From contig DATJPV010000036.1 of NCBI GenBank assembly GCA_035506195.1, forward strand, positions 16,100 through 80,099: DNA of 64,000 bases. The letters run 5' to 3'. Positions 27,742-38,389 of this stretch are shown here, one piece after another. The stretch comes from Patescibacteria group bacterium. GTDB taxonomy: Bacteria; Omnitrophota; Gorgyraeia; Gygaellales; Profunditerraquicolaceae. The translations under genes were made by a program, and so were the position numbers. The notes beneath the pieces are model-generated. The model ran no database searches and was not told the DNA's origin. It worked only from the letters and a program-made list of their open reading frames with translations. How positions within the stretch are numbered: position 1 is the stretch's first letter; the number at the start of each line of letters is the position of its first letter.

Positions 27742-29511
27742 ATGCCGGGACGCATTTCCGAATCCATTTTGGAAGAAATATTAAGCCGGGTGGATATCGT
27801 AGAGCTTATTTCAGGGTATATCCCTCTTAAACGGGCAGGCAGGAATTTTAAGGCCCTCTGTCCCTTTCACCAGGAAAAGACTTCTTCGTTCATGGTTTCT
27901 CCCGACCGGCAGATCTACCACTGCTTCGGCTGCGGGGAATCCGGAAACGCCTTTAAATTCCTTATGCGTTATGAACGCCTGGAGTTCCTCGAAGCAGTAG
28001 AGGTCTTATCGAAAAAGGCCGGGGTGGCGCTGCCTGAGCCTTCCGTCAGGGACGAAAAAGCAGCGGGCCTGGTGACGCAGTTGTACAAGATAAACGAACA
28101 GGCCGTCTCCTTCTTTGCGAATGCCCTTAATTCTTCGGAGGGTTTTGCCGCCAGGGACTATTTGGCCAAGCGCGGCATAAGCCAGGATTCGGTCAAGTTG
28201 TTTAAGCTTGGTTACGCCCCGGAGCGCTGGGATGGCCTGATTACGCATCTGCGGGCCAAAAACAACAACTTGGGCCTATTGGAAAAAGCGGGCCTGGTTT
28301 TGCCCAAAAACGGCGGAGGCTACTATGACCGTTTCCGCGGCCGCATCATCTTCCCTATTTTTGATATCAAGGGCCGGCCGCTTGGTTTCGGCGGCAGGGT
28401 ATTATCCGAGGCCAAGACAGAGAACCTGGCAAAATACGTGAATTCTCCGGAAACGCCCATTTACACCAAGGGAAGGAATCTCTTCGGACTGCACCTGTCG
28501 AAGGAAGCGATACGGCAAAAAGATTACGCGGTGATCGTCGAGGGGTATCTCGATTTCCTCATGCCGTATCAATCCGGCCTGCAGAACATCGTTGCCTCCC
28601 TGGGCACGGCCCTGACCTCGGAGCAGGTCAGGCTCTTAAAGCGTTTTACGCAGAACGTGGTCATGGTGTATGACCCGGATACCGCCGGCCAGATGGCGAC
28701 GCTGCGCACGCTCGACATTTTTATCGAAGAGGGCATGAACGTGAAGATCTGCTCTCTTCCCGAAGGCCAGGACCCGGACCTGTTCGTGCGCAAGGCCGGG
28801 ATAGAAGCGCTGGAGGTCAGGATCGCCAACGCCGAGGGGCTTTTTGATTACAAGCTGCGCTGCCTCCAGGGGCGCCACGGCACAAAAGGCGCGGAAGGAA
28901 AGGCCGATATCTGCGGCGAGATGCTTGCGACCATCAATAAATTTCAGAACGCGGTTTTAAAATCGGAATATCTCAGGAAGCTCTCGGAAGAGATGCGCGT
29001 GGAGCACGAAGTATTGTTGCAGGAATTGAAAAAAGTCAAACCGGACCGGCCGTATGCGCAGCCTTCGGCGGCCACGGCAAAAAAAGCCGACCAAATGAAT
29101 CCGACCGAAAAGCTGTTAATCAAATTGATGCTGGAGGAATCGGACCTGATCGGCCGCCTGAGGGGGGCGATAGAGCCGGCCGACTTCCAGACGGAAAGCG
29201 CCTCGAGGATCGTCTCGATCATGTTCGATATGATCGAACAGGGCAAGGCGGTCGAGCCGAACGCGCTGGTCAATTACCTGGAAGACGAGAGCATCCTGCA
29301 GTGCGTCTGCGAATCGGCATTTTTACCCGAAGTTTCCACGGAGAAAAAGGAAGAGATCGTGCATGACTGCGTGCAGCGGCTCAAAAAAGACAAGGCCCGG
29401 CTCATGCGGCAACGCCTGCATGAACAGATCACGCATGCGCAGCGATCGGGGGATGAGGAGAGGCTTCATAGGCTTATGCAGGAGTTTCATCAGTTAATCA
29501 AAACGAGGTGA
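27742..29511 (+). CDS. dnaG: DNA primase
   Basis: Zinc ribbon [11 protein letters not shown]...[10 protein letters not shown], a TOPRIM domain, and a C-terminal helicase-interaction region. Confidence 0.9.
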   Translation: MPGRISESILEEILSRVDIVELISGYIPLKRAGRNFKALCPFHQEKTSSFMVSPDRQIYHCFGCGESGNAFKFLMRYERLEFLEAVEVLSKKAGVALPEPSVRDEKAAGLVTQLYKINEQAVSFFANALNSSEGFAARDYLAKRGISQDSVKLFKLGYAPERWDGLITHLRAKNNNLGLLEKAGLVLPKNGGGYYDRFRGRIIFPIFDIKGRPLGFGGRVLSEAKTENLAKYVNSPETPIYTKGRNLFGLHLSKEAIRQKDYAVIVEGYLDFLMPYQSGLQNIVASLGTALTSEQVRLLKRFTQNVVMVYDPDTAGQMATLRTLDIFIEEGMNVKICSLPEGQDPDLFVRKAGIEALEVRIANAEGLFDYKLRCLQGRHGTKGAEGKADICGEMLATINKFQNAVLKSEYLRKLSEEMRVEHEVLLQELKKVKPDRPYAQPSAATAKKADQMNPTEKLLIKLMLEESDLIGRLRGAIEPADFQTESASRIVSIMFDMIEQGKAVEPNALVNYLEDESILQCVCESAFLPEVSTEKKEEIVHDCVQRLKKDKARLMRQRLHEQITHAQRSGDEERLHRLMQEFHQLIKTR

Positions 29512-31049
29512 AAGGGCAGATGAAAAAGAAAGAGTACACGCGCAAAGACGTCGAAAAAATTATTACCCTCGGCAGGCAAAAAGGCTACTTGACGTACGAC
29601 GAAGTCAACGACATGCTGCCGGAGGACGTGTCTTCCTCGGAAGATATCGATAAGATATTCGAATTGATAGGCGACGAAGACATACAGCTGGTCGAGCATG
29701 AGTCGGAAAGAGAGCCCGAGAAGCCCGACCGCGTCGTCCGGGAAGACGTCTTGCCGGAACAGCCAAAATCGGAAGAGCGCTTTCTGCCGCTCGATGACCC
29801 CGTGAAGATGTACCTGAAACAGATGGGGTCGATCTCGCTCCTTTCCCGCGAGAACGAAATTGAGCTGGCCAAGAAGATCGAAGAGGCGGAGGACAAATTC
29901 AAACGCGCAGCGCTGGTAACGAAATTCTCCCGCAATGCGATATTATCGGAAGTCGACTGTATCCTTGAGGGGACCGTCAACCTTGACGATGTGGTCAAAG
30001 AAGAGATCAAGACCAACAAGAGCCCCATCCTCAAAAGGATCAAGCGTATCGCCGACCGCCTCAGGCAGACCCGCAGCGAACAAAAAAGCCTTGAGTTCTT
30101 GCTGCAATTCAATTTTACCACGTCCGTCATCGAAGGCGTAGTCCAGAAACAGGCCGGCCTCCTGAGAGAATACGATTACCTGGTCCGCAAAGGCCGGGGC
30201 AACCGGCAGCGCAAACAGGCTATCCTACGGCTGCTGGGCGAATCATACGGCACGATCAAGGAGCAGACCAAGCTCATTAAATCCACGCACCTGAAGTTCA
30301 ACCGTACGAAGAAACGGCTTGTGGAGGCGAACCTGCGCCTGGTCGTCAGCATTGCCAAAAAATACACCAATCGGGGGCTTTCTTTCCTGGACCTGATCCA
30401 GGAAGGCAATATCGGCCTCATGCGCGCGGTAGAGAAGTTCGAATATAAGAGAGGGTACAAATTCTCCACCTACGCCACCTGGTGGATACGCCAGGCGATC
30501 ACCCGTTCCATTGCCGATCAGGCGCGGACCATCCGGATACCCGTGCATATGACCGAAACGATTAACAAGATCATCCGTTTTTCCCGCATCTTTGTCCAGG
30601 AGAACGGCCGGGAACCCGTTCCCGAAGAGATCGCCCAAAAGATGCGCCTTCCCCAGGATAAAGTGAAGGCAATATTGAAAATTGCGCAGGAACCCATTTC
30701 CCTGCAGACGCCCATCGGCGACGAAGGGGATACGCATTTCGGCGATTTCATCCAGGACAAAAAAGCGGTTTCTCCGGCCAATGCGACGGTCCGCGCCATG
30801 TTGAAGGACGAGATGAATTCTGCCTTGAGCACGCTCACCGAACGCGAAAAGAAGATCCTGGTGTTGCGGTTCGGCATTCATGACGGCTGCCAACGCACCC
30901 TGGAAGAAGTCGGCAATGTATTCAAAGTGACCAGGGAGCGGGTACGCCAGATCGAAGCAAAGGCGCTCAAAAAACTCAGGCATCCTACGCGTTCCCGGAG
31001 GCTGCGCACCTTTCTGGATATGACCATCGCGCATCAGCGGGAATATTAA
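29508..31049 (+). CDS. rpoD: RNA polymerase sigma factor RpoD (sigma70)
   Basis: [24 protein letters not shown] region 2.4 / 3 / 4.2 signatures. Confidence 0.95.
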   Translation: MKGQMKKKEYTRKDVEKIITLGRQKGYLTYDEVNDMLPEDVSSSEDIDKIFELIGDEDIQLVEHESEREPEKPDRVVREDVLPEQPKSEERFLPLDDPVKMYLKQMGSISLLSRENEIELAKKIEEAEDKFKRAALVTKFSRNAILSEVDCILEGTVNLDDVVKEEIKTNKSPILKRIKRIADRLRQTRSEQKSLEFLLQFNFTTSVIEGVVQKQAGLLREYDYLVRKGRGNRQRKQAILRLLGESYGTIKEQTKLIKSTHLKFNRTKKRLVEANLRLVVSIAKKYTNRGLSFLDLIQEGNIGLMRAVEKFEYKRGYKFSTYATWWIRQAITRSIADQARTIRIPVHMTETINKIIRFSRIFVQENGREPVPEEIAQKMRLPQDKVKAILKIAQEPISLQTPIGDEGDTHFGDFIQDKKAVSPANATVRAMLKDEMNSALSTLTEREKKILVLRFGIHDGCQRTLEEVGNVFKVTRERVRQIEAKALKKLRHPTRSRRLRTFLDMTIAHQREY

Positions 31050-31063
31050 ACGCTCCTGCCTAC

Positions 31064-31813
31064 ATGAATAAGTCCTGCCGGCTCTTTTCGGCCGTGCTTT
31101 TAACCGCCCTTATCTGCCTGCCTTTTGCGCCCCCTGCTTTTGGCCTGGGCGCAGATTCGATCATCGATACCATCCAGCGGTCTTTTTCCTGTTTTGTCAT
31201 GATCACCTCTGAGAACTTCGCACTCTATCAATCACAGGAGCAGCTCGTAGGAGATGCCCGGACAAAGAGCATTGTGTCGGTAAGGCCGCTGCATATCGCA
31301 AAGTATGCCCGGCAGGGGGCGGGGGTCCTCCTTGATGCAAAAGGCATCATTGTCACAAACGCGCATACGGTCGAAAACGCAGGCAAGGTCAAGGTTACGC
31401 TGCGCAACAAAACCGAGCTGCCCGCAGAGGTGGTCATGGTCATTCCGGAAGACGACCTGGCTTTTATCAAGGTCACCACTTCCCTGCCTTTAAGAGGCAT
31501 GGCGCTTGCCGAGCAGTCTAGCATTCAATTGGGCGCGACAGTCTATAACGTGGGCGCTTCCGAGATCTTGCGGGGGTCTATTACCGAGGGGAAAATTACC
31601 GGTATCGGCAGCAAGGAAAAAGATACGGTCGATCTGTTCAAGATTAATTTCGATGTGTATCGCGGCGACAGCGGAGGCCCGGTCATCAGCGGCGACGGAA
31701 AGATCGTAGGATTGATCGTGGCCGGTTCCACCACGGGGGGCCGTTTGAGTATCGCGATCCCCGCCAACAAGATAAAGAAGCGCTACCAGCAATACCTGGA
31801 AGCCAATCCTTAA
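31064..31813 (+). CDS. Secreted trypsin-like (S1/HtrA-like, no PDZ) serine protease
   Basis: Signal peptide, TNAHTV His motif and GDSGGPV Ser motif. Confidence 0.7.
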   Translation: MNKSCRLFSAVLLTALICLPFAPPAFGLGADSIIDTIQRSFSCFVMITSENFALYQSQEQLVGDARTKSIVSVRPLHIAKYARQGAGVLLDAKGIIVTNAHTVENAGKVKVTLRNKTELPAEVVMVIPEDDLAFIKVTTSLPLRGMALAEQSSIQLGATVYNVGASEILRGSITEGKITGIGSKEKDTVDLFKINFDVYRGDSGGPVISGDGKIVGLIVAGSTTGGRLSIAIPANKIKKRYQQYLEANP

Positions 31814-31847
31814 GGCTCGCGCGGCCCGCCAGCCAAAATATTTCCCC

Positions 31848-31876
31848 TTGCCAAAAACCGTAAAAACAAGTAAAAT
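31848..31876 (+). promoter_or_regulatory. Putative sigma70 promoter for the tRNA pair
   Basis: TTGCCA (31848-31853), 17 nt, TAAAAT (31871-31876), about 27 nt before the tRNA 5' end. Confidence 0.45.
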
Positions 31877-31902
31877 AAAGTTCTAACTTTTGCTGTAAAT
31901 GA

Positions 31903-31975
31903 GGGCCCATAGCTCAGTGGTTAGAGCAGGTGACTCATAATCACTTGGTCCGGGGTTCGAATCCCTGTGGGCCCA
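31903..31975 (+). tRNA. tRNA with CAU anticodon; by similarity to E. coli ileX most likely tRNA-Ile2 (lysidine), otherwise elongator tRNA-Met
   Basis: Acceptor GGGCCCA/TGGGCCC. D-arm and anticodon arm (GGTGA CTCATAA TCACT) differ from remembered ileX (GGCGA CTCATAA TCGCT) at one compensated base pair in the anticodon stem. Confidence 0.8.
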
Positions 31976-32006
31976 GGATCGTGTATATACGGGTGAAACG
32001 TTTTTG

Positions 32007-32083
32007 GGGCGCATGGCTCAGCTGGTTAGAGCGCCACACTCACATTGTGGAGATCGAGGGTCCGAATCCTTCTGCGCCCACCA
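32007..32083 (+). tRNA. tRNA-Val (anticodon CAC), CCA encoded
   Basis: Acceptor GGGCGCA/TGCGCCC, anticodon stem CCACA/TGTGG with loop CTCACAT, T-loop TCCGAAT, 3' ACCA. Confidence 0.8.
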
Positions 32084-32094
32084 TTTAATTATCC

Positions 32095-32826
32095 ATGGAC
32101 AGTATTGACTTAAAAACACAGATCGCTAACCTCAGCAAGCTTCAGGATATCGATACCGCTATTTATTCTTTGACCCACGAGAAGAACAATAAGCCTGAAG
32201 AGATCAAGGCGCTGGATGCTGCGTTTGAGGCCAAAAAGCAGCATATGGCGGAGCTGGAGAAGGCCGGGCTTGACCTGCACAAGCAGAAGAAAGACAAAGA
32301 GTTGGAGCTGGCTTCGAAGGAAGAGGCGGCAAAGAAGTTGCAGACCCAGCTGTATTCTTTGAAGACCAACAAAGAATACCACGCCATGATGCAGCAGATC
32401 GAAGACTCCAAGGCCGATGCCTCCGTGATCGAAGATAAGATCCTGGAGGTCTTGGACAAAAGCGATAAGCTCAAAGGCGAGATCGAGGCCGAGAAGCAGC
32501 GCCTCAAGGAAGAAGAGAAGCTTTTTGCGGAACAGAAAAAGAAGGTTCAGGACAGGGTCAAGGAAATAGACGACCGCCTGGCGCAATTGGGGGCGCAGCG
32601 CCAGCAAGCCGTGGAGGGGGTTGACCCCAAGATCCTGTCCCAGTACGACCGGATCCTGGCTAACCGGGACGGCCTGGCAATCGTCAAGGTAACGAATAAT
32701 TCCTGCGGAGGCTGTAACATGTATGTGCCTCCCCAGGTCATCAACCTCATCAAGATGTATGACCGCCTCATTACCTGTGAGGTGTGCAACCGGATCCTGG
32801 CGATAGATGACTCCGAAGAAGTGTGA
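32095..32826 (+). CDS. COG1579-type coiled-coil zinc-ribbon protein
   Basis: Long coiled coil followed by a C-terminal CGGCNM...CEVCNRIL zinc ribbon. Its usual genomic partner, RNase H, is the next gene. Confidence 0.7.
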   Translation: MDSIDLKTQIANLSKLQDIDTAIYSLTHEKNNKPEEIKALDAAFEAKKQHMAELEKAGLDLHKQKKDKELELASKEEAAKKLQTQLYSLKTNKEYHAMMQQIEDSKADASVIEDKILEVLDKSDKLKGEIEAEKQRLKEEEKLFAEQKKKVQDRVKEIDDRLAQLGAQRQQAVEGVDPKILSQYDRILANRDGLAIVKVTNNSCGGCNMYVPPQVINLIKMYDRLITCEVCNRILAIDDSEEV

Positions 32827-33214
32827 AATCTATATCGACGGCGCCTCCAAGGGGAACCCCGGCCCGGCCGGAGTAGGCGCGATCCTGACCCAGGGCGGTT
32901 GTGTCCTGAAAAACATATCCGAGCACATCGGGCATACCACGAATAACGTCGCGGAATACACCGCGTTGATATATGCGCTGCAGGAGGCGTTGATCCTGAA
33001 AGTCGAAAGTTTGGACATACGCACGGACAGCGAGCTTCTTTACCGGCAGATAAAAAAGGAATACAAAGTAAGGAATCCCAATATCGCAGGCTTATACCGC
33101 CAGGCGGTGCATCTGATGTCGGCCTTCAAAGAGGTCGCCATACGCCATATTCCCCGGGAAGAAAACAAGGGCGCGGATAAATTAGCGACCATGGGGGCGG
33201 CTAAGAAGCCTTAG
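32807..33214 (+). CDS. rnhA: Ribonuclease HI
   Basis: CEIYIDGASKGNPGPAGVGA...TNNVAEYTALI RNase H motifs. Confidence 0.85.
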   Translation: MTPKKCEIYIDGASKGNPGPAGVGAILTQGGCVLKNISEHIGHTTNNVAEYTALIYALQEALILKVESLDIRTDSELLYRQIKKEYKVRNPNIAGLYRQAVHLMSAFKEVAIRHIPREENKGADKLATMGAAKKP

Positions 33215-33237
33215 CCGGCGGATAGGATCTTTGACAA

Positions 33238-33602
33238 CCGGAGGGAGCGGAACGTGGCTACTCCCAGATTATACGGGAGAGGAAAGTCCGGGCTCCGCAG
33301 GGCAACGTAGTGGGTAACGCCCACATGGCCAACATAGGCCAATGATTAGAGCTACAGAGACGGATTACCCCGTTCACGATTTGCCTTTAGTTTGCGAAGC
33401 AAAGTAAAGGCAGTGGGGTATGTGAAACGAGCAATCTCTACGTGGAGCAAGGCCGAATAGGAGACCAGGGGTTGCCCATCCCGTTATGAGTCTCGGGTAG
33501 GCTGCTTAATCCCGGCGGTAACGCCGGGCTTTAGAGGAATGGCCACTTTAGGAAGCGGTATTCGCATCCCACACAGAACCCGGCTTATTCTGTTCCGTCC
33601 GG
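33238..33602 (+). ncRNA. rnpB: RNase P RNA (bacterial type A)
   Basis: Universally conserved GAGGAAAGTCCGGGCTCC (P4) plus ...GGGTAGGCTGCTT... and 3' ACAGAACCCGGCTTAT elements. P1 pairing CCGGAGGGAGCGGAAC / GTTCCGTCCGG. Ends are approximate. Confidence 0.85.
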
Positions 33603-33640
33603 TTGTCATAAAATGATAGCATTTCTGATGTTCAACTCTT

Positions 33641-33696
33641 GACCGCAAAACACTGGCAAAATTTCCAGCATAGCTGAAAATTTTGCCGTTGCGGTC
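33641..33696 (+). repeat. Long imperfect inverted repeat/hairpin downstream of rnpB and upstream of yebC
   Basis: GACCGCAAAACACTGGCAAAATTT ... AAAATTTTGCCGTTGCGGTC with an inner CAGC-ATA-GCTG palindrome. AT-rich, not followed by a T-run. Confidence 0.5.
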
Positions 33697-33742
33697 AGGA
33701 TTTCGCTAGACAAAAGCATAAGGTGCTCAAGGAGGGTAAAAA

Positions 33743-34498
33743 ATGTCAGGTCATTCGAAATGGAAGACGAACAAAGGCAAGAAAATGGCGGCGGATGCCG
33801 CAAAGGGCGCGACCTACACCAAGCTGATCAAGGAACTCGTTGTGGTTGCCCGCGAAGGGGGCGGTAATCCCGAAACCAATTACAAGTTGCGCGCGATCAT
33901 GGCCAAGGCCAAAGAGGCGAATATGCCTTCGGAAAACGTCAAGACCGCGATAAAACGCGGGACCGGCGAGCTGCCCGGCGTCATTTACGAGTCGGTCACC
34001 TATGAGGGCTACGGCCCGGGAGGCGTCGCATTGTTGATCGAGACGCTCACCGATAATAAAAACCGCGCCAGCGCAGAGATACGCAATATCATGTCTAAGA
34101 AAGGCGCCAATATGGCCGGCGCGGGTTCGGTCAGCTGGATGTTCGCCCGTAAAGGGTATATCGTGGTTGAAAAAACCCAGGCCAAGGAAGACGATATCAT
34201 GGGCATAGTCATCGACGCAGGGGCCGAAGATATGAAGTCGGAAGGCAAAAATTACGAGATCTTTACCGCTCCCCAGAACCTGGAGAACGTCAAAAACGCC
34301 CTGCAGGCCAAGGGTATCCAGTGGATTGAGGCGGAAGTTACCATGGTCCCTTCTTCGACGATCAAGGTGACCGGAGAGATCGCCAAGCAGTTGATTTCTC
34401 TGATCGAGACGCTCGAAGAGCATGATGATGTGCAGTCGGTAAGCGATAATTCCGAGATACCCGATGAGGTTATGGAGCAGTTATCCTCTGAATCATAG
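33743..34498 (+). CDS. yebC: YebC/PmpR-family transcriptional regulator
   Basis: MSGHSKWKTNKGKK N-terminus diagnostic of YebC. Confidence 0.9.
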   Translation: MSGHSKWKTNKGKKMAADAAKGATYTKLIKELVVVAREGGGNPETNYKLRAIMAKAKEANMPSENVKTAIKRGTGELPGVIYESVTYEGYGPGGVALLIETLTDNKNRASAEIRNIMSKKGANMAGAGSVSWMFARKGYIVVEKTQAKEDDIMGIVIDAGAEDMKSEGKNYEIFTAPQNLENVKNALQAKGIQWIEAEVTMVPSSTIKVTGEIAKQLISLIETLEEHDDVQSVSDNSEIPDEVMEQLSSES

Positions 34499-34501
34499 CG
34501 C

Positions 34502-34984
34502 ATGCGTATCGTAGGCATCGACCCTGCCTTGACTGTTACCGGTTACGGCGTTATCAATATTGAGCGCGACAAGATCGCGCTGATAGAAGCAGGCATCATT
34601 AAGACATCCCCCCGCCAGATGCTTGTGGAACGGCTCGGCAGCATCTATACCGCGGTACAGAAGTTGATTGCGGATACGCATCCGGACGTGCTGGTGGTTG
34701 AGAAGATTTACGCGCATTACCGGCATCCCACGACGGCGTACGTGTTAGGGCATGCCCGCGGGGTCATCTGCCTTGCCTGTGCGCTGCAGAAGGTCCCGTT
34801 GATCGAATACGCGGCAACGCGGGTCAAGAAAGCGATCGTCGGCAAGGGCCTGGCCTCGAAACAGCAGGTGCAGCGGGTGGTGGCCGGTATCCTTGGATTG
34901 TCGAGCCTCCCAAAATATGCGGACGTCACCGATGCCTTGGCATTAGCCATTGCGCATAGCTATATCTTACGGGCAAAAATATGA
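34502..34984 (+). CDS. ruvC: Holliday junction resolvase RuvC
   Basis: MRIVGIDPALTVTGYGV RuvC N-terminus. Confidence 0.9.
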   Translation: MRIVGIDPALTVTGYGVINIERDKIALIEAGIIKTSPRQMLVERLGSIYTAVQKLIADTHPDVLVVEKIYAHYRHPTTAYVLGHARGVICLACALQKVPLIEYAATRVKKAIVGKGLASKQQVQRVVAGILGLSSLPKYADVTDALALAIAHSYILRAKI

Positions 34985-35607
34985 TCGCCAAAATATGCGG
35001 CAAGATCACCGAAAAAGGCAACCACCACATCCTGCTTGATGTGGGGGGCATTTCGTATCAAGTATTGATCCCTCCCGCAGTCATGCAGCGCCTGGATGAG
35101 AGCGTTGCTGCCGACGGCCTGGTGCAGTTGATCACGTATCACTACCATCACCTGGAGCCTTCCCGCAGCACCCCGGTGCTCATCGGTTTCTTGAATGAAA
35201 TCGAAAAAGAATTCTTCGAGGTTTTTATCACCGTCTCCGGCATCGGCCCGCGCGCGGCGCTCAGGGCCCTCGATAAGCCCATTTCCGAGATTGCGCGGGC
35301 GATCGACGAAGCAGACATCGAATTCTTAAAGTCCCTTCCCGGCATAGGCCAGCAGAGGGCGCGGGAGATTGTGGCAAAGCTCCAGAACAAGGTCGGCAAA
35401 TTCGGTCTGATCAAGGATGATTCGCTGCGCGCCCGCCAGGCGCAGCATAAGGATATCGCAGAAGAAGCGGTCGCAGTCTTGATGCAGCTTGAATATAAAA
35501 GGCCCGAAGCAACGTCAATGATCAAGAAGGCGTTGGAACGTTGCGGCCAGGCCCTCACTACCGAAGAGCTTCTCAACGAAGTCTACCGTCAAAGGCGGGC
35601 ACGATAA
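34981..35607 (+). CDS. ruvA: Holliday junction branch-migration protein RuvA
   Basis: MIAKICGKI...LLDVGGISYQV OB-fold N-terminus and HhH motifs (LPGIGQQRAREIV). Confidence 0.9.
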   Translation: MIAKICGKITEKGNHHILLDVGGISYQVLIPPAVMQRLDESVAADGLVQLITYHYHHLEPSRSTPVLIGFLNEIEKEFFEVFITVSGIGPRAALRALDKPISEIARAIDEADIEFLKSLPGIGQQRAREIVAKLQNKVGKFGLIKDDSLRARQAQHKDIAEEAVAVLMQLEYKRPEATSMIKKALERCGQALTTEELLNEVYRQRRAR

Positions 35608-36237
35608 ATGGCAGAGGATACGGTAAAAGCAATTATCGAAGCGCTGATATTTACCAGCGAACGCCCCATCTCCATCGACCAGATCAAAAATATCCTGGAT
35701 AGCCTGGAGCCAAGCGAGATACGGGCGTTGATCGAGCAGATGAAGGCCGAGTATGAGCAGTCCAACCGCGGCATGCGCATCGTCGAAGTAGCCGGCGGTT
35801 TTCAGATGACCACTCCTGCGATGCTGGCGCCTTTTTTGCGCAAGCTGTATAAACAGCGCCGGGTAGAAAGGCTGTCCAAACCCGCCCTGGAGACATTAGC
35901 CATCATCGCATATAAGCAGCCGGTGAGCAAAATGGAGATCGAGACGCTGCGTAACGTCAATGTCGACGGCGTCATGGAGAGCCTTTTGGAAAAGAGCCTT
36001 ATCCGCATCACCGGCAGGAAAAAAGCCCCGGGCAGGCCTTTTGTGTTCGGCACTACCCGCCAATTTCTGGAATATTTCGGGCTCAAATCCCTTGAAGAAC
36101 TGCCGAAGCTCGAAGATTTTTCCAAACTATCGCCGAAGGCCGAGACAGAGGAAGAAGCCGCCCCGGCCGCGCAGGGAAGCGCGCAGGCAGAGCCGGCAGT
36201 AAAGGAGAGCGCAGATGAAGTTGAACCAATTGCGTAA
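35608..36237 (+). CDS. scpB: Segregation and condensation protein B
   Basis: IEALIFTSERPISIDQI wHTH and C-terminal RITGRKKAPGRPFVFGTT motif. Confidence 0.85.
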   Translation: MAEDTVKAIIEALIFTSERPISIDQIKNILDSLEPSEIRALIEQMKAEYEQSNRGMRIVEVAGGFQMTTPAMLAPFLRKLYKQRRVERLSKPALETLAIIAYKQPVSKMEIETLRNVNVDGVMESLLEKSLIRITGRKKAPGRPFVFGTTRQFLEYFGLKSLEELPKLEDFSKLSPKAETEEEAAPAAQGSAQAEPAVKESADEVEPIA

Positions 36238-37276
36238 ACAGATCGATACGCTGGATGATAAGATCGTTGGGCTGCTGAACAGGCGCGCGGGTTTTTCTCT
36301 GGCGGTCGCCCGGGTCAAGCGCAGATCCGGCAAGAGCGCCTATTCTCCGGACAGAGAGACCCAAGTGTTGCGCAGGGTCGCGCGCACCAATAAGGGCCCC
36401 TTGACGCCGCAGGCCGTCCAGGCGGTCTACCGCGAGATCATGTCTTCAAGTCTGGCCCTCGGCGCATCCCTTAAGATCGCCTATCTTGGGCCGGAGGCGA
36501 CCTTCACCCAGTTGTCGGCGCTCAAGAAATTCGGCTCTCAGGTCAGCTATATGCCCTGTAACAGCATCAGCGACGTGTTCCTGCAGGTGGAAAAAGGGAA
36601 TGCCGATTACGGCGTCATCCCCATCGAGAATTCGATCGAGGGGGCGGTTACGCACACCCTGGATATGCTGGTTGATTCCGACTTGAAGATTTGTTCGCAG
36701 ATCATGCTGGATGTCGCGCACAACCTTTTGGCCCGCTGTCCGAAGGGCCGCATTCGGCGGATATATTCCAACCCTCAGGTGTTCGGGCAGTGCCGGATCT
36801 GGCTGCAGGAGAACTTGCCCCTGGCGGAGAAGATCGAGGTCTCAAGCACGACCCGCGCCGCGCAGATCGCCGCAAAAGAAAAGTACAGCGCCGCCATCGC
36901 TTCGCAGCTGGCCGCCAAGGTATACGGCCTGAAGGTCATTGCAGCCGATATCGAAGATTCTCCTTATAATATCACGCGGTTTTTGGTTATCGGCAAAACC
37001 GACGTGCCGGCAACCGGCAAAGACCGGACCTCGATCGTGTTTTCCATCAAAGACAAGGTAGGCGCCCTGCACGACATGCTCGCACCCTTCGAGAAATACC
37101 GGATTAATCTGACCAAGATCGAATCGCGGCCCTCAAAGAGAAAGGCCTGGGATTATTATTTCTTTGTGGACTTAGAAGGGCACCGTGATGAACCCAGGGT
37201 AAAGAAGGCATTTCAGGAACTGGAAAGCAAATGTAAATTTTTGAAAGTGTTAGGCTCCTATCCCATAGGGGAATAG
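36215..37276 (+). CDS. pheA: Bifunctional chorismate mutase / prephenate dehydratase (ACT domain)
   Basis: Chorismate mutase N-terminus (LRKQIDTLDDKIVGLLNRRA), a prephenate dehydratase core, and a C-terminal ACT domain. Confidence 0.85.
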   Translation: MKLNQLRKQIDTLDDKIVGLLNRRAGFSLAVARVKRRSGKSAYSPDRETQVLRRVARTNKGPLTPQAVQAVYREIMSSSLALGASLKIAYLGPEATFTQLSALKKFGSQVSYMPCNSISDVFLQVEKGNADYGVIPIENSIEGAVTHTLDMLVDSDLKICSQIMLDVAHNLLARCPKGRIRRIYSNPQVFGQCRIWLQENLPLAEKIEVSSTTRAAQIAAKEKYSAAIASQLAAKVYGLKVIAADIEDSPYNITRFLVIGKTDVPATGKDRTSIVFSIKDKVGALHDMLAPFEKYRINLTKIESRPSKRKAWDYYFFVDLEGHRDEPRVKKAFQELESKCKFLKVLGSYPIGE

Positions 37277-37294
37277 CGGCCGCAAGGAGAACGC

Positions 37295-38374
37295 ATGGAC
37301 CTCGTCAGGAAAGATATTTCCTCGGTTACCGCGTATGTCGCCGGCAAGCCGATCGAAGAGACCAAACGCCAGCTCGGCCTTAAGGAAGTGATAAAGCTGG
37401 CTTCCAACGAAAACCCGCTGGGGGCCTCCTCCCGGGCGCTGGCGGCGATGAAGAAAAGCCTGTCTTCCATCCATCGGTACCCCGACAGCAACGGTTTCTA
37501 CTTGAAAAAGCGGCTCGCCAGGCACCTGGCCGTCGAGCCGGGCAATATCGTGCTCGGTAACGGTTCCGATGAACTTATCGACATCATTATCAAGACGTTC
37601 GTGGAGAATGATGAACGCATCCTTACTGCGGATGTGACGTTCCTGGAATACGAAATTATCGCCAAGGTCAACGGCCGCAGCGTGGATACGGTGCCCTTGA
37701 AATATTTCGCTTATGACCTGGAGGCAATGAAGAAAAAGATCGACAAAAAAACAAAACTGGTCTTCATCGCCAACCCCAATAATCCTACCGGCACCTACGT
37801 CACCAGGTATGCCTTGGAAGATTTCCTGGCGGATATCCCGCCGCAGGTGGTCGTCGTGCTGGATGAGGCATATGAGACATTCATTGACGTCGATGATTTT
37901 CCCGCCAGCATGTCCTACGTGCATAATAAGAACGTCATCCTGATGAAGACGTTCTCCAAGGCATACGGCCTGGCAGGCCTGCGTATCGGCTATGCGGTCG
38001 CCCGGACCGATTTTACGGGGTACATGGAAAGGGTCAGGCAGCCCTTTAACACCAACCTCCTGGCGCAGGCGGCTGCCCTGGCTGCCCTGGATGACCGGGC
38101 TTTCCTTAAAAAGACCCGCGCGGTGGTGCTGGAGGGCAAGAATTACCTGTATGCCGCCCTGAAGAAATCCGGCATACCCTTCGTGCCGTCCGTGGCCAAC
38201 TTCCTGCTTATCGATACCGGTAAGGACGGCTTAACCGTCTTTAAGGATATGCTCAAGTACGGCGTCATTGTCAGGGACATGAAGCAATACGGCCTGAAGA
38301 ATTTTATCCGGGTCACTATCGGCACCAAAAGAGAGAACGAACGGTTTGTGAAGGTCCTTAAAAAGGTGTTGTAA
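37295..38374 (+). CDS. hisC: Histidinol-phosphate / aromatic aminotransferase (class II PLP)
   Basis: LASNENPLG and KTFSKAYGLAGLRIGY PLP-lysine motif. Confidence 0.85.
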   Translation: MDLVRKDISSVTAYVAGKPIEETKRQLGLKEVIKLASNENPLGASSRALAAMKKSLSSIHRYPDSNGFYLKKRLARHLAVEPGNIVLGNGSDELIDIIIKTFVENDERILTADVTFLEYEIIAKVNGRSVDTVPLKYFAYDLEAMKKKIDKKTKLVFIANPNNPTGTYVTRYALEDFLADIPPQVVVVLDEAYETFIDVDDFPASMSYVHNKNVILMKTFSKAYGLAGLRIGYAVARTDFTGYMERVRQPFNTNLLAQAAALAALDDRAFLKKTRAVVLEGKNYLYAALKKSGIPFVPSVANFLLIDTGKDGLTVFKDMLKYGVIVRDMKQYGLKNFIRVTIGTKRENERFVKVLKKVL

Positions 38375-38389
38375 GGAGGTAGGCCAAAC

